Shown in pieces: positions 60,065-64,000 of a DNA stretch of 64,000 nucleotides (positions are counted from its first letter, which is position 1; each line of letters opens with the position of its first letter). Under the pieces are notes generated by a model. That model did not search any database. It was not told where the DNA came from and was given only the letters and a program-made list of their open reading frames with translations. The position numbers and the translations under genes were made by a program. This stretch comes from the human T2T-CHM13v2.0 reference genome, Homo sapiens, in NCBI RefSeq assembly GCF_009914755.1, contig NC_060945.1; one strand, given 5' to 3'.

Positions 60065-62219
60065 TGAGCCCTTTATTAAACTCTTCAGACTCAGGTTGCC
60101 TTTTGTTCATTGTTTATCATTTTTCTTTAAAATGATCCTTGATCACTTCTTCAAGTTTCTTAGCCAGGGCTAAATTTATTATTACACATATTTAGGAAAG
60201 ATGCTGCTCAAAGAGATGAGTGTAGACCTTTGGGAGTAGATATTTTCAAAGGAGAGTCTTGGTGAAGGAAATTTCTGAGGGACTAGGTTTTGGAAAGAGA
60301 CCATTAATGGAGAATAATAATGGCTGCTACTAAAAGGAGGGTGAGTAATTGGTGCAGGGAAGAGATAAGTAAAGAAGTAAATGGACTGAAGTGGCTTAAG
60401 TTAAACAAACAAACATATTTTAAGTTCAAAGTCATTCAGAAGGGGGAGTGTATGGGATGTGGACTTTGTACAAAAATGAAAGCCATTTCGACCCTTGTGA
60501 GAAAAGAGTGTATTTAGAGGCAGAAGGCAAAATGCACACAGCTTGTGGATAAATGACCCATCTCTGGGATGAGGAAGGCACAAGTGGTGCTCCGAGAATC
60601 CCCCCAGTGAGCTGAATTTATGGTGGTGTGCAAGGCTGAGGACGTTTATTAGTAAATAACAAAGATCGTGTGCTAATGACCTGATCACTGGTCCATAATC
60701 AATCAGAGGTTGGTCTCTGTGCATAATTCTCCTGGGGGATTGTTAGAAGGAAATCATAGCTAAGGCCAGACACTGATTCACTGGGGGCCCCTTTGTCGTT
60801 CATGGGGGGCAGATATTCTATTTCTGTACATGTAGAACTTCTCTTTATTAGGGAAGCAGGAAGGAGTGACTGAAAGACGCTGTGTCTTTCTCTTGTGGTG
60901 TGGTTTCTAAATGCAGTGTATATCTGAGTAGAACCAAATTTAACTATGAATATTTGGGGGAAGGTAATGAGATGGTACATTATTCCTTTAGCAAAGGTTT
61001 TGATGAGCACAATGTATAATATAAGTATCTCCTACTTAAGTACAAAGTATATTTACAAATATGTTTGTTTATGTATAAAGACAGAATAATAGATTTATAT
61101 ATTATGAGTAGGAGGGTGATGTGGTTCATTTGCCAATCTATTAAGAAATATTATAAAATTACACATTCTTTCAGCCTTTTAATCTCAATATTTAATATAT
61201 TTCTTGTATCTTGTACATATTATTTAATTGTTTTCATACAAAACTAAAGATGCTGTTAACTGGTTTGCATCCAGTAAGAGGCAATTTGAGGCTAAATACA
61301 TTCTGCTTTCTTCATATAAAGTGAGTCTTATGTTTATTTCATCATACTTCGAATTGAGGTGGCCTATGCCTTTTGTCTTTAGTGTTGGAACTCTTGTTTT
61401 ATGTTTCCTATTTAACTTATAATGTAACACATGCAATAAAATAGTATTCGAGATGCTTTGACAAACTTGGTGTTTTGATCGAGGTGGCGCTGTTGGTAGA
61501 ACTGTTGGTAGAACCTGTTGGTGGGCAGGCACAATGCCACTTTATCACTGAGCAGTAGAGGCAGGAGAGTCCCTATCTGTCACATAAAAGCAGATTTAGG
61601 GGGATCAATACAGAGTGCATGAAAGTGAAGGTTAAGAGAAAGTACAATACGTAAAAGTCAGGAACTGTCAATATGCAAATCCTCAACTCTGGCAAAACCC
61701 CAGATCACCCATGATCCAGTGTGATGATAAAAATAAGCTCCTAAGTACTTTTTTTTTTTTTTAACTTTGGCATCTTGTGCAACTCATGAACTAGTAGTGT
61801 TTTCCTCCTTATTATTATTAGTGTTATTATTCAGCATTTTGCTACACCCTCCCCTTCTTTCCAACATCTAAATACCAGCAAATATGTTATGAGATGAAAA
61901 TGATGACATAGCACCTCTTTTCTGTCAGGTAGAAACATCTACATTCAAGGTTATCTGAAGGTAAAATATTTACTAAGTTATTTACTCTGTCTTTCTCCCA
62001 GGAGTCAAGGCAGAATGGGGGTCTCCAACAAGAGTGGCCTGGTACATCACCATACGATGGGGCCTATGTGTGTCTCTCTTGTGTTTAGCTTCACGCAAGA
62101 TGGGGCTTGGAGGTACCTGGGGGCTTATTTTTGTTGCGTGCCCACCATTGATTTTCCTTTCTAGTGTGTGTGAAATTACATTTCCCTGCAACTGAAAATC
62201 TGATTAATAAAAGTATGTC

Positions 62220-62890
<671 letters not shown>

Positions 62891-63495
62891 TGTGAACAAA
62901 CACAACAACATAGCTGTGACCAGCCTAACCAGTTGCCCTGCACTTTGTGTGTACATCCCTCCAGATCTCTACCCCTGCTAGCGTGTTGGCCAGAGCATCT
63001 TTCACTGCTCCTGCCCGGTCAGCTGGGTCCCTTGTGCTGCTGCCACAGCTGCTACTTGCCCAGTGACTTGCCACAGTGGCTGCCCCATTGTGTTGTCCTA
63101 GACACAACTTGACAGCATTTCCTGAACACACTCTGCTTCCCATCTCATGTCCTGGGAGTTCCCTGATGTCACTAGGGTAAGTGATGTAAACAGACCCTCA
63201 CTTCCGGCCCCCTGTGTACAATCTGGAAGTTTAGGGGAGGAGGTCAACCCATGGGGTAGACTTTGACTAACAGAAGATTGAAACTCATGGATAGCTTTGC
63301 CTTTCTGTCTGTGGCAGGACTGTCCTGGGAGCAGTGGCTGAGAGGCCATCCCCATATGCAGTAGCCAGCTACACCCATCTCCTGTATTTTTTGCATTTCT
63401 TTTCCATCCTTCCCTGCTTAATCTGTGACCTCATTCCTGCTTTTTGGAACTATACTCCCCAACAAAATAGTAGCACACAAGGCCTTGCCCCAGGC

Positions 63496-63810
63496 TGTGT
63501 TTAATAAAGACTCTGACTCCATTTTTGATGTTCAATTGCTGACATCCTTTAAGCCTCCCTGCTCCCTCTGTCTGTGAGCAGAAGCCCTCACGCCAGCCCC
63601 ATCTGCCACAAAACACCACACCAGTCTCCTCTTCCAGCTCTCTCAAACCATTTTCAGACCTGCCTGGAGCCTTCCTATTCCCCCCAGAAAGCCTTCTCTT
63701 GTGAATAATAAACAATTTCATACCCCCTAGGTGTGCGTATGGTGTCAGCAGTCTCAACATCAGGACCAAATTCTGGGTGATGTCCATTCTGCTTCTGCAG
63801 AGTGACTGCA
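63496..63810 (+). mobile_element. Probable old ERV1-type LTR (family not assigned)
   Basis: TG start; CTGACTCCATTTTTGAT; AATAAAC followed by a U5-like segment. Confidence 0.4.
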
Positions 63811-64000
63811 GCACTCTGACACCAAACATTGTTTGTTCTCTGGGACTAGGCACACTGCCACCCTGAACAGTGATCAGAGTCCACTCAGTGAGGCAGATGT
63901 GGGAAGGACAGACGCTGTCCTGGCACTAGACCACAATGTAGAGAATTGGGGCCAAGACCCAGGAGGGGACACTTAGATCTCCCACCCCCATGGTGGTTAC

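Overview
Primate (very probably human) non-coding genomic DNA, dense in interspersed repeats. It holds about 27 Alus (J, S and Y types), L1s of several ages, MaLR/ERVL/ERV1 solo LTRs, MIR/L2 relics, MER5/MER3 DNA transposons and microsatellites. I cannot support any host protein-coding gene, RNA gene or CRISPR array. The long ORFs in the track are L1 ORF2 fragments, Alu read-throughs or chance ORFs. I could not identify the locus and I do not see evidence for a new biological system. The best signals are retrotransposition-mechanism oddities: (1) a twin-primed L1PA2-type insertion with a probable short 3' transduction (9.9-12.4 kb); (2) a second, very small twin-primed L1PA2-type element nested in a THE1 LTR (33 kb); (3) a ~105-bp TSD-flanked Alu with an inverted 5' segment (15.3 kb); (4) a template-switch-like micro-inversion in an AluY (51.5 kb). 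Also notable are a perfect 24-bp minisatellite in a MER51 LTR, closely spaced inverted Alu pairs, and a run of 11 minus-strand Alus. Several CpG/TF-motif-rich unique segments and strong + strand splice sites may indicate enhancers and a + strand lncRNA (inference only). Repeat subfamily names are from my recall of consensus sequences, not from a RepeatMasker run.
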